This document shows, in pieces, positions 50,626-64,000 of a stretch of DNA of 64,000 bases. Numbering within the stretch: the first letter of the stretch is position 1; each line of letters opens with the position of its first letter. The notes under the pieces are model-generated. The model had not been told where the DNA came from, did no database searches, and saw only the letters and a list, made by a program, of their open reading frames with translations. The stretch is from the NCBI GenBank assembly GCA_010405405.1, contig MU004232.1:949481-1013480 (forward strand). The letters run 5' to 3'. This DNA comes from Microthyrium microscopicum. Taxonomy: Eukaryota. The position numbers and the translations under genes are program-made.

Positions 50626-51548
50626 AGTTGCGATAAGTAATCGTTGTAGGAAATGAGATGAGAGAGTAGTTGCTATGTTGTGTTTGTTTCGAGAAGTATT
50701 TCTGTATACAGGGAAATTGAGAACGCGGCACTCCAATACTTTATATTCCCTCTCAAGACTACCCAACTGTATTCTCAGTCATGCTATGCTCTTTTCCATA
50801 GCATTTTACCTTGGACACTCTATCGACCAGACCCCATACTCCCTAAGACATCATTTTCGGGGCCAAGAATCTGGTAAATTGGAGATTGTAATAGCGTTTA
50901 ATATCCCCAATCTGGGGCATCATTTCGAACATATCAGCGGGCCGACATCTACCAAAGTATTTACACGACAACGCGATCATGCTATTACAATTCAGTGGCA
51001 AGCTCGTGCCATAGTTCTGTTCACTGGCCAGATACTATCGACCCAGGCGTTCTTGACATTGGCGCTCATATACGTTGAATTAAGACATGGCACAGTACAA
51101 GGTAAATACGCAATTACAGGCCTCACAACCTGTAAGGATCTTCAAAACTGCGTCATTTGATAGTTTGTAGTCCCCCTGAGCATTTGATGCTTGGACAGAC
51201 TTTGTCTTTAAGTTATGTTGAGCCTGACACATGTCTCCGGGAGCAATGGTGAATCCAGATTTTCGGTTTCCAGGCATGGATGAAGAGTTATGCCGAACAT
51301 CTCAATTTAAAATGGCCAGGGTGAGCTCAAATCCATATCAGTAGACGTATCGATCGATTAGCAAGAGACATTTTGTCAAGCTTTGAGGCAACTTATTTGC
51401 TCTATAGTAAAAGCACTGGGAGAACGCGGATGATCTAAATAGATGTATTCTATATATCTAGTCGTGCAGTGTCTAATGCAAACAATGGGGTATATCAGGT
51501 CAGCGCATACGTCTATACAAGAGAGAAAATTCTTCGTCAAGGATGGCA

Positions 51549-52894
51549 TCAAAGGATACCGAATCGGTCACCAAAAACTCCTAAAGCGGATCCTTCACCA
51601 GCATCAAATTCCTCTCGCAGCGCGTTCAGACCGTCAAACGCTTGGGCGAACTTGAGACCGCGCAGTCTCTCCTTCTCTACGATATCCCAGGTCCATGGCT
51701 GCGCAGTATTATCTGAGTCAACTTCGGGAAAGAGGGATTCTTCAAGGATAGAATTGACAGACCCAGCGTTGAGCCCATTGTCAGACGAAGTCGTTCCATT
51801 GATTCCTGGATCACTAAACTCGCCAGCTGGTGTGCTGGGTGAATTCTTCTCAGTAGACAATCCAAAAACCGCACTTGGCATTCCAACTGGCCGAGGAGGT
51901 AGCATATGACTTCGCTGGAGTACTATCTCTGGCGGAAGAGTCAAGCGACCCTTTTTGACCACATAAGTCGCTATCGATGTCGCCAAAACCTTGCCACGAA
52001 CCCGCTGTCGTTTCTCCTCCAATGTCTCTCCTTCCTTTACTTTCTGTACGTTTTTCCCAGAGCGCCATGGCTGCAATATAAAATCTTTTGGTTGAAGAGC
52101 GCCTGCTTCCACGAAGTAGCTGACGATGTACATCCATTTGCGGTCCCAAGTCAACAAACGGGTCCAAATTTCGTATTGGCGATAAGGCACTATCTCGCGG
52201 TGGAAGAAACAAGCGACGCTGCCCAGTGCCATCAGCAATGGTCCGGGTTTTTGTACAATTGCCTTGAATTCTTCTTCCGTCAGTGTCCGTTTGGCTCCAC
52301 CTGGGGTACTGACGCCAGTCGTAGCAGTCTCTACGCCGCTGGTTGCTAGGGCTTTGATGGATTTGTCCTTTGTCTTGCGGCGTATCGCGGTGCTCAGATT
52401 CCAGGTGGTGGCCTCCTCGCCGGGCACTTTGCCAACATCTAGAATTCCCTTACGCAACAACGCGGTCACCAAATGTGTTCGCGCAATGTCCGCATCTGTA
52501 AAGTATGTGCTATTGGACTTGTGGAGGTTGTAGTCCATTTCCCATAACGGGGTGTGCGATCGGGTGATGCTGAATTTGAAAAGCGCATTCGGAGGGATAT
52601 CTGTAGGTTGGCCGTACACATGGTACCAAATGCCTTTGAATAATCGAATCTGTGGTTGAACAACATCAGCATGGCACTCGCGTGAGCAAAACGTGGCGCA
52701 CGTGGCGATTGCTAACTTACATGCCAAATGAACGGAAGGTTCTTGAGATTCAACAGCGCAAGAACAATGGCAATCGATCGCCACGAGAGAATCCGACTCT
52801 TCAGAAATGTAATGAGCTTGGCGCGAAGAGTCGAGTTGGTGCTTGCAGCTAGGGCGGTGATCGCGACCGCTGCGACTGGTGAAATGTAAGGCAT
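51549..52894 (-). CDS. Hotdog-fold thioesterase-like protein (YBR096W-like)
   Basis: ALLNLKNLPFIWH|IRLF across intron 52720-52650; EMDYNLHKSNSTYFTDADIAR, FHREI-x-PY, LTWDRKWMYIVSYF. Confidence 0.8.
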
Positions 52895-53970
52895 GCTGGC
52901 TATCACAGACACAGAAACGCGCCTACAGCATGCTAAAGAACGCCAACCAGATATGAATATGGAAAGGATATAATGGAGTAAGAGGACAAGTAGGCGATAT
53001 GTTTCTTTGACCCAAAAATAGGGCCAACTGCATACTTGTAGAAGTAGCTTGAACGGCGAATTCCGTGGAGCCTCGGTCGGCATGCAGGGCAGCGAATTTG
53101 GAGGCATGTGTTTGGTTGTCGAGTCAGGGACCATAAGGCTGTAATTCCTGGGTTTGCTATTGGCTTCAGTATATTGTATCTGGAGTGGCCGTAGAAAAAT
53201 TTTGTAGCAATCTTCTTCTGGAGTTAATTGCTCCTATTGTCTAACGTTAAATGCTCAACAGGAAACTGATGGCGTGTAGCTGTTGGAAGATTCTGGTGAT
53301 GCGTTGGAGGCCAGATGACGACGCAAGTCATTGGTGGTGCTTAGGATCAGCGATTGTCAGGTTGGCCAGGCGACTTTATTGATCTGGAGTTAGTTCTATG
53401 TTGGAACTAGAGATGCAGAAACTACTAGTGAACAGTTTACTGTAGGTTTTCTTTGGACCTTCTAGATGTGAATTGTGAGCATTGCGCTTCACATAGCACT
53501 GTCAATTATGCACAGGAATTTGAGGCCACGACCCACAATGCACCTCAACGACACCTTGATGTGTTTATTAGAGGTAACCGGTAGCTTTCACATCTGATCC
53601 AAGCCTTGAGATGACCGCTTTTATCTTCCAGCAATGTTGATATATTTGAGTTGATACTTCAATATTCGCTCCACAGTCGAATCGGAAAACGAGCTTTTAG
53701 CAATATCAGCACTGTATTCATTATAAATTTCAAGTTATATTTCTACAGGCCACTAATAGGAAGAATCTTTGAATCTGCTAAATTTCCTGGTCATCGACCT
53801 GATTTTGGACACTTCTTCAGCCAACCCCTCGCCAAATTTTTGGAGCTGCGATGTCTCTTCACTTCTCCATCATCAACTTGTCAACAACTCATCAACATCA
53901 ACTGTCAAATTTTCTATCAGAGCTAGATTCAGCCAACGAGCTACAAGTCTGGTGTAAAGCATATCCTCCG

Positions 53971-55121
53971 ATGGCCTCAAACTGGTGTGGTAAGATTTCT
54001 CTTCCGGGCGACCAGTTCATCGAGGATGTCAACATCACAGATCCAACATTGCCTGGACTTTGTGACCAACTTGGCTCAACTCTGGAATTCTTGAGTCTAG
54101 TAGAGATTTTCAAATTGCCAGCTGTGATGATATTGCGCACAGGATGCTCTGTCTGGACGCACAATGACACAACTCAAAATTGGTTCTCAGACAAGCTCAT
54201 CAGCTCAAGACTATCAAGTGTACCTAACGCCCAGGCAGGCATAGGAATTCTTGCCCGAGGTGACTCTCCTAGAGACAATTCCCAGTCCACAATTACAGAA
54301 GTTCTTTTCTCTATGATAGAAGAGCCTGCCAATGAATTTCGGGTACAAGCTACTTTTCTCTGTTCCTCAAAACTGGAAGCCAATTTGCAAGACAATGACA
54401 CCAATGAAGAAGTAACCGTCGTTCTCGGCGGACCGCCAGCCGCAGGAAATGAAAACAACAGTCAGAATATATTCGATCTTGCTCAAGAGCAAAGACGACG
54501 CACAAGTGGCAGGGGAGGAGTTGGTGTTGCAGCTGCAGCTGCATTTATGAGTCCACGACCTTCAACACCAGCAAGTGGAGTGGAGAATCAACGACGAATA
54601 GCGCCAGTTGAAGGCTCAAGTTTGCGTAGAAAGTACGAAGCTGCGCACACAACGTCTCCGATCTCATCAATCGAGCGTTTCCCAAATTCCATGTTCTTCC
54701 AGACGCAAGATAGCCTTCCTGCCTCGCAAAGTCAAACCATCTTGTCGCAAGAAGAGTCTTCAGCATTGGAAACTGCCAATAGAGAAATGATATCACGAAT
54801 TGTAATGGCTGGCATGCGCTTGTATGGTCATCAGCAACGGCGCAAAGGAGAGATCACACAAGAAGATCTTCCCAATGAGATTGATGCTACAGGAGGGAGT
54901 CCGCAGGACGAATATAAGCTGATATATCATCAGACATACAAAGCAACTATATTCGCTCTGGTGAGTCAACTTGACGTTTTTAAAAGCTTCAACATTGCTA
55001 ACCATTTACAAAACAGAGAACTAGCATACGTAGTGTATCGCTACAAGCACACATAGAGCGAGTTCGCGAAATAGTAGATAATCTTCTATCTTTGTTTTGT
55101 TCGCAGCAACTTCCTGGTTAG
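53971..55121 (+). CDS. SLD7: Sld7 C-terminal-domain protein (replication initiation)
   Basis: NREMISRIVMAGMRLYG, DEYKLIYHQTYKATIFAL, then intron 54961-55016 and VREIVDNLLSLFC. Start uncertain (53851 or 53971). Confidence 0.7.
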
Positions 55122-55890
55122 TAGCGGGATCAATGACTCAAGACAGTACATGTCTATCAACTATTGATATTCTGGAAAAAGATACTCTATAAGTTTAGAC
55201 TTGTGACTTGAGCGTCCGAACCGACAAAGCGCATTAAACCAATCAGGAGCGTTTCATTATGGACAACTATTGGAATTATGTATAAAAAAGGAGCTACAGC
55301 AAGATTAAGCGGAACGATTGCATATGTGCTAGAAAAAATAATGATTAATATTGGATCCCAAATTGTATATATTCGCTTAAGGCTCGCGTATATGGCAAAA
55401 GATATCAGATGAACTGTTTATCATTGTAATGGAGTAATATTATGTCTCGATGTTTGTGCTTTCAAGCGCAATATAATAAACTCCCAAAAACTCTATATGA
55501 CCATCCTTGTACGACATAGATATCGGCATATATAAATTTCACAAGAGCATGAAATGACTGAAATTCGAATGATAAATGCTGTGTGTCAGCTTGCGCTGGG
55601 CAGTCTGATGCGCTCAATCCCTTAGCCACACAAAAAAAACCTTCAAGACTTCTCCATATTTCATTCCCATAGTAAAAATGATACTCTACAGTAAACCTCA
55701 TACTCATGCAAGATATCTACACCAATATCAACCATCCCTGACAGCCCTTCCCCAACTTCCCCTCCGCTTTCCACAACCGAAATCTGCAACAAGTTTCACC
55801 TCCACGCGCCCCCATCCACATCCTCAACCTCAATTCGCGCCCCCACCAACAGGGACCGACCAGACGCGACACACGATGGCTTTGTTCGGC

Positions 55891-56120
55891 TACTAACGAG
55901 ATATAGTAAAGCGGGGATTTGAAGCCAACCCGCCGGCTCGGCGACGCCTCTAAGCCACTTATCTAGAATCAAGCATTTTTGTTTTCAGGCACAACCCAGC
56001 AAGTGCTCAGGTTGCCCTGAAGAATGGCGTTTTTTTGGATCCATAAAAAGCAACAGCTGCACGCTAGAGAAATAATAGGAGTTGGCTTGAAGCCGTCGTT
56101 CTGTGCGGGTCGGCGAAATG
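55891..56120 (+). ncRNA. Candidate structured non-coding RNA of unknown class
   Basis: 55924-55960 pairs with 56079-56114 in a long imperfect helix enclosing two smaller hairpins; preceded by TACTAAC...TAG; no convincing ORF. Confidence 0.3.
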
Positions 56121-58529
56121 TGTTTTTCTGTTACGAGGGTGTATTTGCGTTAATGATAAGGAATGGCCGGGCAATGTTTTCTGTGTTGAGTTTGACATGT
56201 TGGAATTTGTGTGTGCATTGGTTACACGGAAACTGGAATTGTTTGCATTGCAGATGCGGGAACTAGGAAGATCGATTCTGCAAGCACCGCTTCAGAAGCT
56301 GAAGTCGCAATTGCGCTTTGGAAAGCTTGTTTGTAGCTTGAGCTTTACGCTATGGGTGTAGTGCTTACGAATATGGGGATGATTATCTTTCGATGCGTAT
56401 ATAAAGCTAAGACAGGCTTCAATGATCGACAGAAGCACACAAGCCTTTCAACTGCTAGCTTGCTTGTTGCGACAGGTGTCTAGCCTTATCAATGGCAGAT
56501 CATGTTCAAGTTCTTAACGACCATGTGTGATGGTGATCAAATCTGGAAGCGAAGTAGTGCCTCATCAGTCGGATTATTGACATGGTTCAAAGGGTTCGGT
56601 TCAGAAGCTCGCGTGGCCATTTTAGCATCCAAATATACTGGAATCGCTACCACAGATCCATGTTTCGTATCAATCGCAAGTTGAATCTTCCAAGCGAAGG
56701 CACTGGAAAGAGGCCTAGACCAAGCTGACAAAAGATTGATCATTATTGAACCATGAGGTATATTGGCCGTTGATATCGAAATATCTCAGATAACTTGAGA
56801 TAAGTGCAAGTTCAACGCTATTTTTTTTTTTGAAAATGAAGTATAGACTAGTATCGACTGTAGTCCTGGGTACTCGGTGCAATACTCGGTGTAAATCAGA
56901 CTCGTCTTTCGAATGGCTTGTCTTGAGCTAAGATAGGCTTATATGTTACCTCAACTCAACACAAGAGTTTGAGTTTGGTAGCTCTACTTGTTGAGCTGGT
57001 GTAAGATCTTATGGATTGTGTACAAGTACAAGTACTGTATAAACGAAGCATCTACCGGTAGTGTCCGGTATGGAGCCGAACAAACTCGAAACTTCAGGTT
57101 GTGTGAGATATTTTCTTTTGATGTTGCTATCTTTGTGGTTGTTAATATTGAAGGTACCCCTGACCTTGTCGCCGTTTGTTTCCAAGTTGAATTCCAACCA
57201 CTTGAGAGACTTTCTGCACAGTCTTCATAAATTCTTGTATGCGAAATGGTTGGTTTACAGGCTTTTTGACAGCTCAGTTCATTGGCTATGTGTGTGATCG
57301 CATTGCTAGAGCCGCGTTGAATGCGAATTCCACAGCGCAACAACTCCCATGGTATCTATTATTGCAAGAATGCTGGCAATTGCCACCTTTCAACAAGGAG
57401 TTGTCCTGATATGGCTCATAAAGCATTATACAGCCAAACAAAATCTTGTTTTATGCTGGTACAATGCCTGCTAGCAAGTGAGAGCTATAATACTAGATGT
57501 AACAACGCAGCTGTGATATCAGCTGTGATGCCTCGCCTAGGTCGTTCTGTACTCCAACTGGAGGTCAAATGCTTGCTATCATCAATGCTACGGTCCTGGA
57601 AATTCCAGCGTGCCGGAGATGATAGCACGTTCAAGCCTTCAAGGTTGTGGTCTCGACGAGGCTGCTAGGCCAGGCCAGGCGCCGAATGAAGGGGCTCGGT
57701 TCAGTAGGTGAGCCATGATGGCGGCGCGCTCCCCCAAGTCCCAACCACGCCAACGCTTTTCTCAGTAGGGTATCCTTGAGTACGGATAGTAGCGTGTTCT
57801 ACAGCGACGGATATGCTTCGTAAATCGCCTAGCCTCTACACTTTTCCAGGAGAAACCGAGAAGGACAATCCAGTGGAGTCCCAGGGTACGGGAACACTTC
57901 CGGGATTCCGATATGACGAAGTCATGGAGGAGCGCGTCTGTTCTGTAGAGCTTTTAGAATTAGCAAAAGGGATGTCTCTTACTGGGTCGATATCGAGTAT
58001 TGCGGGGTGTGGAAGACCCTGGCGCACATGGCATAGTATGAGTATTACTTTTGATGATTTCTTCTGATTGATAGTATGAATACGGAGAAGAAAGATCAAG
58101 CAGGATCAAAAGAAGAAAAAGGTGTTGAAGGACAAGGTGGTAGAGTGAGAGTGTAAAGTGGTGTGAAGTTTTGAGGATGATTGGAGCCCCCACGTCTCAA
58201 CCGCCATCCGCGACCCTTTGCAATTGCCTTCATGTTTGCCCCAACATTCAAACTCCAAGCTATTCCATCCGACAACCATCACTGTTCGACCCCATTATTG
58301 TCTTTACCCGCTGCGTCTGGTTTTTCTTCCATATCTTCTTCTCTTCTTCAACAAGCAGCGTGCTTCCATGCTTCCGCGTAATTGCTTTCCTTTCCTATCT
58401 CATGAATCAGTCTCGTGCCGATTCGGCCATTGAAGCTCCTTCGCGCCAGTATAACAAATCCGACATCCCACTCTCTCTGGCATTGTAACATTCTGCGCCT
58501 TCAGTCTCTGAAGCTACTTCGTATTCGCC

Positions 58530-61500
58530 ATGCCTGGGTGAGTTCATGAACGTAAATATACGATCACTTGATTGCCGCGCAATAGCTTTGACGTGCGCTA
58601 TCTTGTCGTACCTGCGTTGGTCTTGTTTCAAGTTTCGCTCTAACAACAAACTGCAGATCCCTCAAAGACACCCTCCGCGTACTGCAGGATACCTTCGCAG
58701 AACCTTCTGTAACTTCACATCCACTTCCTGACGAGCTCGAGAGAACGATTGAGCGTTTTGTGGAATCGAGACCGCAAATTGACGACCATGATTCTCAGAA
58801 GATCCACGAGGAGCTTCTTTACATTTTCAACAAATATGTATCGGGAAACACTGAAAAGCATGGCCCGTTTGTGGCTACCTTACGACTCCTCCGACCGGCT
58901 ATCTGTGGCGAGAAGCGACTGGACGAATGGTGGAAGTTGATTATAAGGCCCACTGTGGATTCACTTGGTCATAAAAGAGACACTATTGAGGACGCGCGAG
59001 AGTTCTTGCTTGGAGTTCTAGTCTTTGATGTCGAAGATGACCCGACGGGTGAAAAGGCGGAAATCTCAATGGAGTTTACGAGAAAACTTGTTGATGCATA
59101 CCTTGCGAGAACGAAACTGCCATCTGGGGACAATGTTGTTTCTCCCGAAGATGAGTTTCTTGCTCATGAACTAGAAGGTGTTCTTGTCGCTTTTGGTCGC
59201 AAGAATCCCAAGGTATGACCGACTTGATTGGTGTTTGCAATATCTTATCTAACTCCTTCCTTAGGAACTCCTTGTGGCTATCGATGAGCTCTTTGTACAA
59301 AGAGATTTACGTCTACAAGCACTGTCATTACTGAGTAGCTTCGTCCGATTACAGCCTCCACATCTACATCTTGTGCTCGAGACTTCTCTCATTCAACACC
59401 TTCACACATGTCTTTTGCTGGATAATTCTACGACAGTTGTCGACCTTGCACTGACTATTCTCATTATGTTTATTCCACACATTACGACTACTCTGGTTGA
59501 CGATTTGCCTCGTTTGTTCCTGATTTATGCTCGCATTCTTTGCTGGAACAAGTACAATGACGACAGTGCAACTCGTGCGGCTCAAAGCGAGGCCTCCGAG
59601 TCAGAATATGCCTCTGATTCCGAGACGAGACAATCATTGCATTTCGATCCTCATTGGGATGTCGTTGAGGCTAGCATCGATGGCTCTCAATCCATCCCGC
59701 CGAAGGCCAATTACCTTTTCACATTTCTTTATGGGCTCTTTCCCCTTAATTTCATGAACTTCATCCGAAAACCCCGACGATATCTCAAGATGAAGGCTTA
59801 CCCGCGAGCTGATGATCTAGATCTTCACCAAGGTCTTATAAGAATTCGGACAGAACCGCACCGCATACACCACAAATTACACCCGAATTTCTTCCTCACT
59901 ACAGCAGAAGATGAGCTTTCTGATAACCACTGGGTGAAAAGCGACCCTGCCGATCTGGTGTCTCAATGTCTTGGCCTTTCCAATGCGATTGCAATGAATC
60001 TTGGAGATCCAGGTCCTCCACCAATCTCCAAATTACCCGCTCTACCAAGAAAATCCCGCTCTCAAAAGTCTCGAATTCTGCTCAACCCTGGCGATGAGGA
60101 AACATTGGGCCATGGCAATGACTTCCGACCTTCGAATAGCAATCGGAATACGATGTCGACAACCATGACGGGTACAACTGCCAATAACCATGAGTCATTG
60201 AGGATGCCTCCACGACAACTTTCACATACAAGTTTACTAGATGCCATGGCTCGGTCACCCAAAAGTGGCTCTCCTACAAACAGATATATCTCCGGTGATG
60301 AAAACATAGATAGCCCAGTCGACACCAGACCACATACTCCTCGATTTGACCATGGCAAGAGTTCTGCTAGCGCGCCACCGTCACCGCCTCGCTCTGTCGC
60401 CGCATCTCACTCAGCACCAAAAGTTCCTACCCTCCAGTCCTTCGCCCAAACGTTATCCCGGTTCCCTCTTCCAAGCTCTAGTCCTACAGGAGGGGAACAA
60501 TACAACAGCTCTATTTTGCAGCGAGAAGTTATGCTGCTTAAGAATGACCTCAATTTTGAACGCTTCCAGAAGCAAAGATACATTGAGCAAATTGGAAACA
60601 TGCAACGAAAACATATGGGTGATGTTGGCGTCGAAGCAGACACGCACACTCTGATGAACAAGAACCGAAGTCTCAAAGCTCGATTAACCAAGGCCGATGA
60701 ACGTTATGAGCAATTGAAGAAAGAGGTTGCCGCAAGCAGAAGCCAAGCCAAGAAATTCGAGGAGCAACTTACCGCCAAGCTCAAGACATATCGTGAAGAC
60801 GAAAAGCAATTGCAAATGGAGGTTGAAAACTTGAAACACGAACTGGGACTTGCTCGAGAGGAATGCAACGCGCTCCAGAAACTCGTCTCAGCCGGTGAGA
60901 AGCGCGACAGCAATGGCAGAGAACAGCTTGGTGCCATGGAATCAGACGTTGAAGAAGTCAATAGACTTCGGAACAACATATTCGACCTCGAGTCGAAAAT
61001 TCAGGGATACGAGCAACGTGATTTTGACTTTGAGCGAACACATGAAGAGCACAGCATCTTGCAATCAGAACTAGAGTGTGCACGAATGAAGGTGGCCTCT
61101 GCAGATTCGGAACGAGATCGACTGCGGCGCCAATATGAGCAAAAGATAATGACTCTCGAAGCCAATGCTCGAAATTCACAACTGACCGCACAAGCTGGCT
61201 CGGGTACTTTGCCAAATAGTGTTCAGCAAATGATCGACTCGGCCCTCAGCGCACAGCAGAGTAAATTTCTGCAGTTGAAGAGGACCTACACAACTCTCCA
61301 CCGCCGCTACATGGAACTAGAACTCCGGAATACGGAGCTCGAGAATGCTATCGCCAAACCTCGACCTGGTAGCGTTCTAAGTCTCACGCGATATGCTGAC
61401 GACAGCGCCCTTCCTGGACTCATGCGGCAGGATTCCTTTGGACAAAGCACCAATGTTCCGAGATCACGCAGCGTGCGTCGACACGACTTTTCCGCCGCAG

Positions 61501-61958
61501 AGCCGCTTCTAGAAGACACTGCTAGTAGTAGTGGCCACAGCAGCATGTATTCTAGCGTGCACAGCTATCCATCCGAGCGACCACGTACCGAAGGCCACAT
61601 GATGAATGGAATGGTCGCTAACCCGACCATGCCCCTCCGTGGTCCAAGCAGAGATACATTCCGCCAAGATCGAGACATCAATTCCGCTTTCGAACAATCA
61701 TTGAAGTCCGACTTTGCTGGCAGCCCTACAGAAAGTCTCGCAGACACTTTGAAAGTCGGTGCCATCACTCGTGCCCAGACCGAACCGGGTAAGACCGAGG
61801 TTCGCTCATATGGCAGAGGTAAGTCAAATTTCCTTTGTTCCAACAATGGGAATTCTTACTAACGCGATGCAGGTGGTGCTGGTAATGTGAAGAAGCCAAA
61901 GGACAAAGAATCTTCGACAAAGAAAAGTGGGTTTCGCGGCCTGAAGGGCATAATGTGA
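58530..61958 (+). CDS. TSC1: Hamartin (Tsc1)
   Basis: 8-nt first exon ATGCCTGG, intron 58538-58656; FVRLQPPHLH, LFTFLYGLFPLNF, LLKNDLNFERFQKQ, long coiled coil; TGA 61956-61958. Confidence 0.93.
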
Positions 61959-62396
61959 GAGAGGAAACATGGCTTCTGTTTTCGTAACCTTGTTTTTATA
62001 TTGTTGTGTAGGATACCCTGACGCGGTTGCATTGGGAACGTGGATGAGATGGGGTGGCTCATCGTATAGACATCATTTGTGTCTCATGCCTTATGATTCA
62101 GCTGAGTGCTGACAAGCACTTGTATAGAGAATTTTATATGTAGAAATAAGTATTCACATTATAATCATCTTGATGGCCACCATGTCGACAATACGAGGTA
62201 ATGCAGAGCTGCAATTAGGTAGGCATGGCCGCATTAAGACAAATCAAAGCACCATTGTAACAATAAGGGTCGTGAGTTCTTTGTCAAATTGGACCACTCG
62301 TCTTGATTAAATCATCTACCAAATGATTCTCTAGGAATTTACAGATTATTCCTCGACATATTCACAAATTCTGGCAGATTAACGAGAGACTTCAAC

Positions 62397-64000
62397 ATGG
62401 CACTGGATCCGAATCAGGCATCAATCTTGGACTTCCCTCTAGAAATCCAGGATTTGATATGGGAGTACGTTGTACTAAGCCATGACTTTAAGCACAGTCA
62501 CAGTCGACGGCCCGAAGAAGTATTCTTCGATGTGAGTTTCCCTAATACAATAATTTTCAGATCGTCATGGTTCTATATTAACAAAGCTTACAGAAGCCTC
62601 CAAACACCAGAATGTTGCTGCGCATTGCGCTCTCAAGTCGTATGTTTCCTGAACCTGTAATCTCGAAGACTACATAGACTAACACCTCACCTCTAGACGC
62701 AGCCCATGATGCTATAAGCAGAGCAATGCGTCGCTTGGATATATTTGATGTCCCCGACCCAAATGAGCTCAGATTCAATATCAGTCACAAATACGCCGTT
62801 GAATACTGCTATGAAGGCGTTCTTCGAAACCATAAGAACCCAGCAAAGCTCGCTGGTCCAGGATTCTATAATGAGATCAATGAGGCTTTGGACTGGGTTC
62901 TCGCCAACAGTCGACTTGTCAACCCAGATTTGAGAGATGAATACGTCAAGCGGCTGTGTATCTTGACTTGTGACAGACATTGTCAATTGACCAGTCCTGA
63001 CGGGGAATGTTATAACGATGACCCGATCAGGTTTCTTAATAAAGCGTTGTGGAAACCGGACCCGGACAACACCTTTTACCACTGGCCGGAGCGTCTGTAC
63101 TGCGATACCAACCTTCGAGCTGCTATCGCAGCAGCTCTGGGCTGCGAAGGTATGTTAACCTGGGAGCATTTGGATGATAAAGGCTGACTAGTTCTAGATC
63201 TGTTCGAATCGAAACTGGAGTCACATATCTTGCACAAGAATTTCTACCTGGGCAGTCCAATATATCTAGCTGCTCGCGCTGGCAACGTCAAGATTGTAGA
63301 GACTATTTTCAACTACGCTGCCCAACAACAGGGCCTTATTACTCGGCTACGCGACTGGGTTGAGAATAAGCAAGTTCCAGGCGCAATCAGCGATCAAGAA
63401 ACATGGACCGAAATTCTCTTGGGAGTCGTGCATAGAGAGAGTGGTGGCGAAGAAGTCTTTGACTATCTGCTTGAAAAGTGGGACGAGGTGAAGAGACTTG
63501 ACCATCCTGATCCTCCAACGCGCGGACGCGGACGAATCGACTGGTGGGACGACGCACCAGAGGGTGCGGAAGACGAAGACACTTCGGATGACCAGCACAG
63601 CTACTACACGGGCTCGACGCCACGATGGGAGCGTACGGCAAAGATGGAGGAAAGGAAATGGGTGGATGCGTTGAAATGGGCGCTCAAGACTGCTGCAAAG
63701 AAAGGCCGTTCTGATTTCATTTCGAAATTGATTCCGTTGATTTATGAGTTGACTCTGATCAAGGAGAAGAAACGGGTCCTACACGTCTTTCGCCCATGGA
63801 TGACGGGTGCGGCTCTAGGAGATCATCCTGAGCTCATCGATGAAGCCTATGTAAGTCCATGGCAGACGAATCATCCTCGAAGACTTGTGAACACACTTCT
63901 TCACCTTAGGTTTAACGATGCCCAAGTACGATACTGACGAGTCTATAGGAGTGGGCCAGGACTCACGCAGTCGACCCTGCCAATCCCTTCCCAATCGCCC
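62397..64000 (+). CDS. Multi-exon F-box-like/ankyrin-like hypothetical protein, 3'-truncated by window edge
   Basis: ILDFPLEIQDLIWEYVV N-terminus; GSPIYLAARAGNVKIVETIF and ALKTAAKKGR ankyrin-like motifs; several GT-AG introns. Confidence 0.65.

Noticed and set aside
20972..55121. Apparent clustering of replication/repair genes (SAE2, ORC5, ABP2, SLD7) and of autophagy/TOR genes (ATG8, YPT1, TSC1)
   Set aside because: They are interspersed with many unrelated housekeeping genes, and no synteny or co-expression evidence is available from the sequence.
56400..57400. Short ORFs that might be pseudogene fragments
   Set aside because: No family motif recognised and the frames are broken by stops; there is not enough evidence.
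58586..58592. Possible 7-nt poison micro-exon (AATAG|CTTTGAC|GTGCGC) in TSC1 intron 1
   Set aside because: The upstream branch point (CTTGAT) is weak, and a single 119-nt intron already explains the reading frame.

Overview
Gene-dense, intron-rich genomic DNA from a filamentous ascomycete (Pezizomycotina; short GT-AG introns with CTRAY branch points). I can support about 26 protein-coding genes, mostly housekeeping: a histidine acid phosphatase (5'-truncated), UGA1, FAR11/HAM-2, NUO78, a spliced 64-aa NCE101 absent from the ORF track, ATG8, HEM13, a carboxylesterase, AIM32/APD1-like, SAE2/CtIP, an F-box protein, ORC5, a secreted lactonase-like propeller, a GFO/IDH/MocA oxidoreductase, PMP47, ABP2, CYC2-like, a Cbf1-like bHLH factor, a DAO-family oxidoreductase, YPT1, GGC1, a small secreted Cys-rich protein, a hotdog thioesterase-like protein, SLD7, TSC1 and ankyrin/F-box-like lineage-specific genes. 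The strongest unusual signal is in YPT1/Rab1: its first intervening sequence (47306-47509) looks like a spliceosomal twin intron in which an internal intron splits the outer donor GTG|AGT ([D3,4] type), and the one-step splice from the visible strong donor gives MNPE-stop. Other leads: an in-frame TAG followed by 127 more open codons in the bHLH gene, a micro-exon-rich 5' leader on that gene, a 36-bp repeat array with an inverted copy inside a long intron, and a rod-like structured non-coding element at about 55.9-56.1 kb. All gene models and splice calls were read by eye; no database searches were run.
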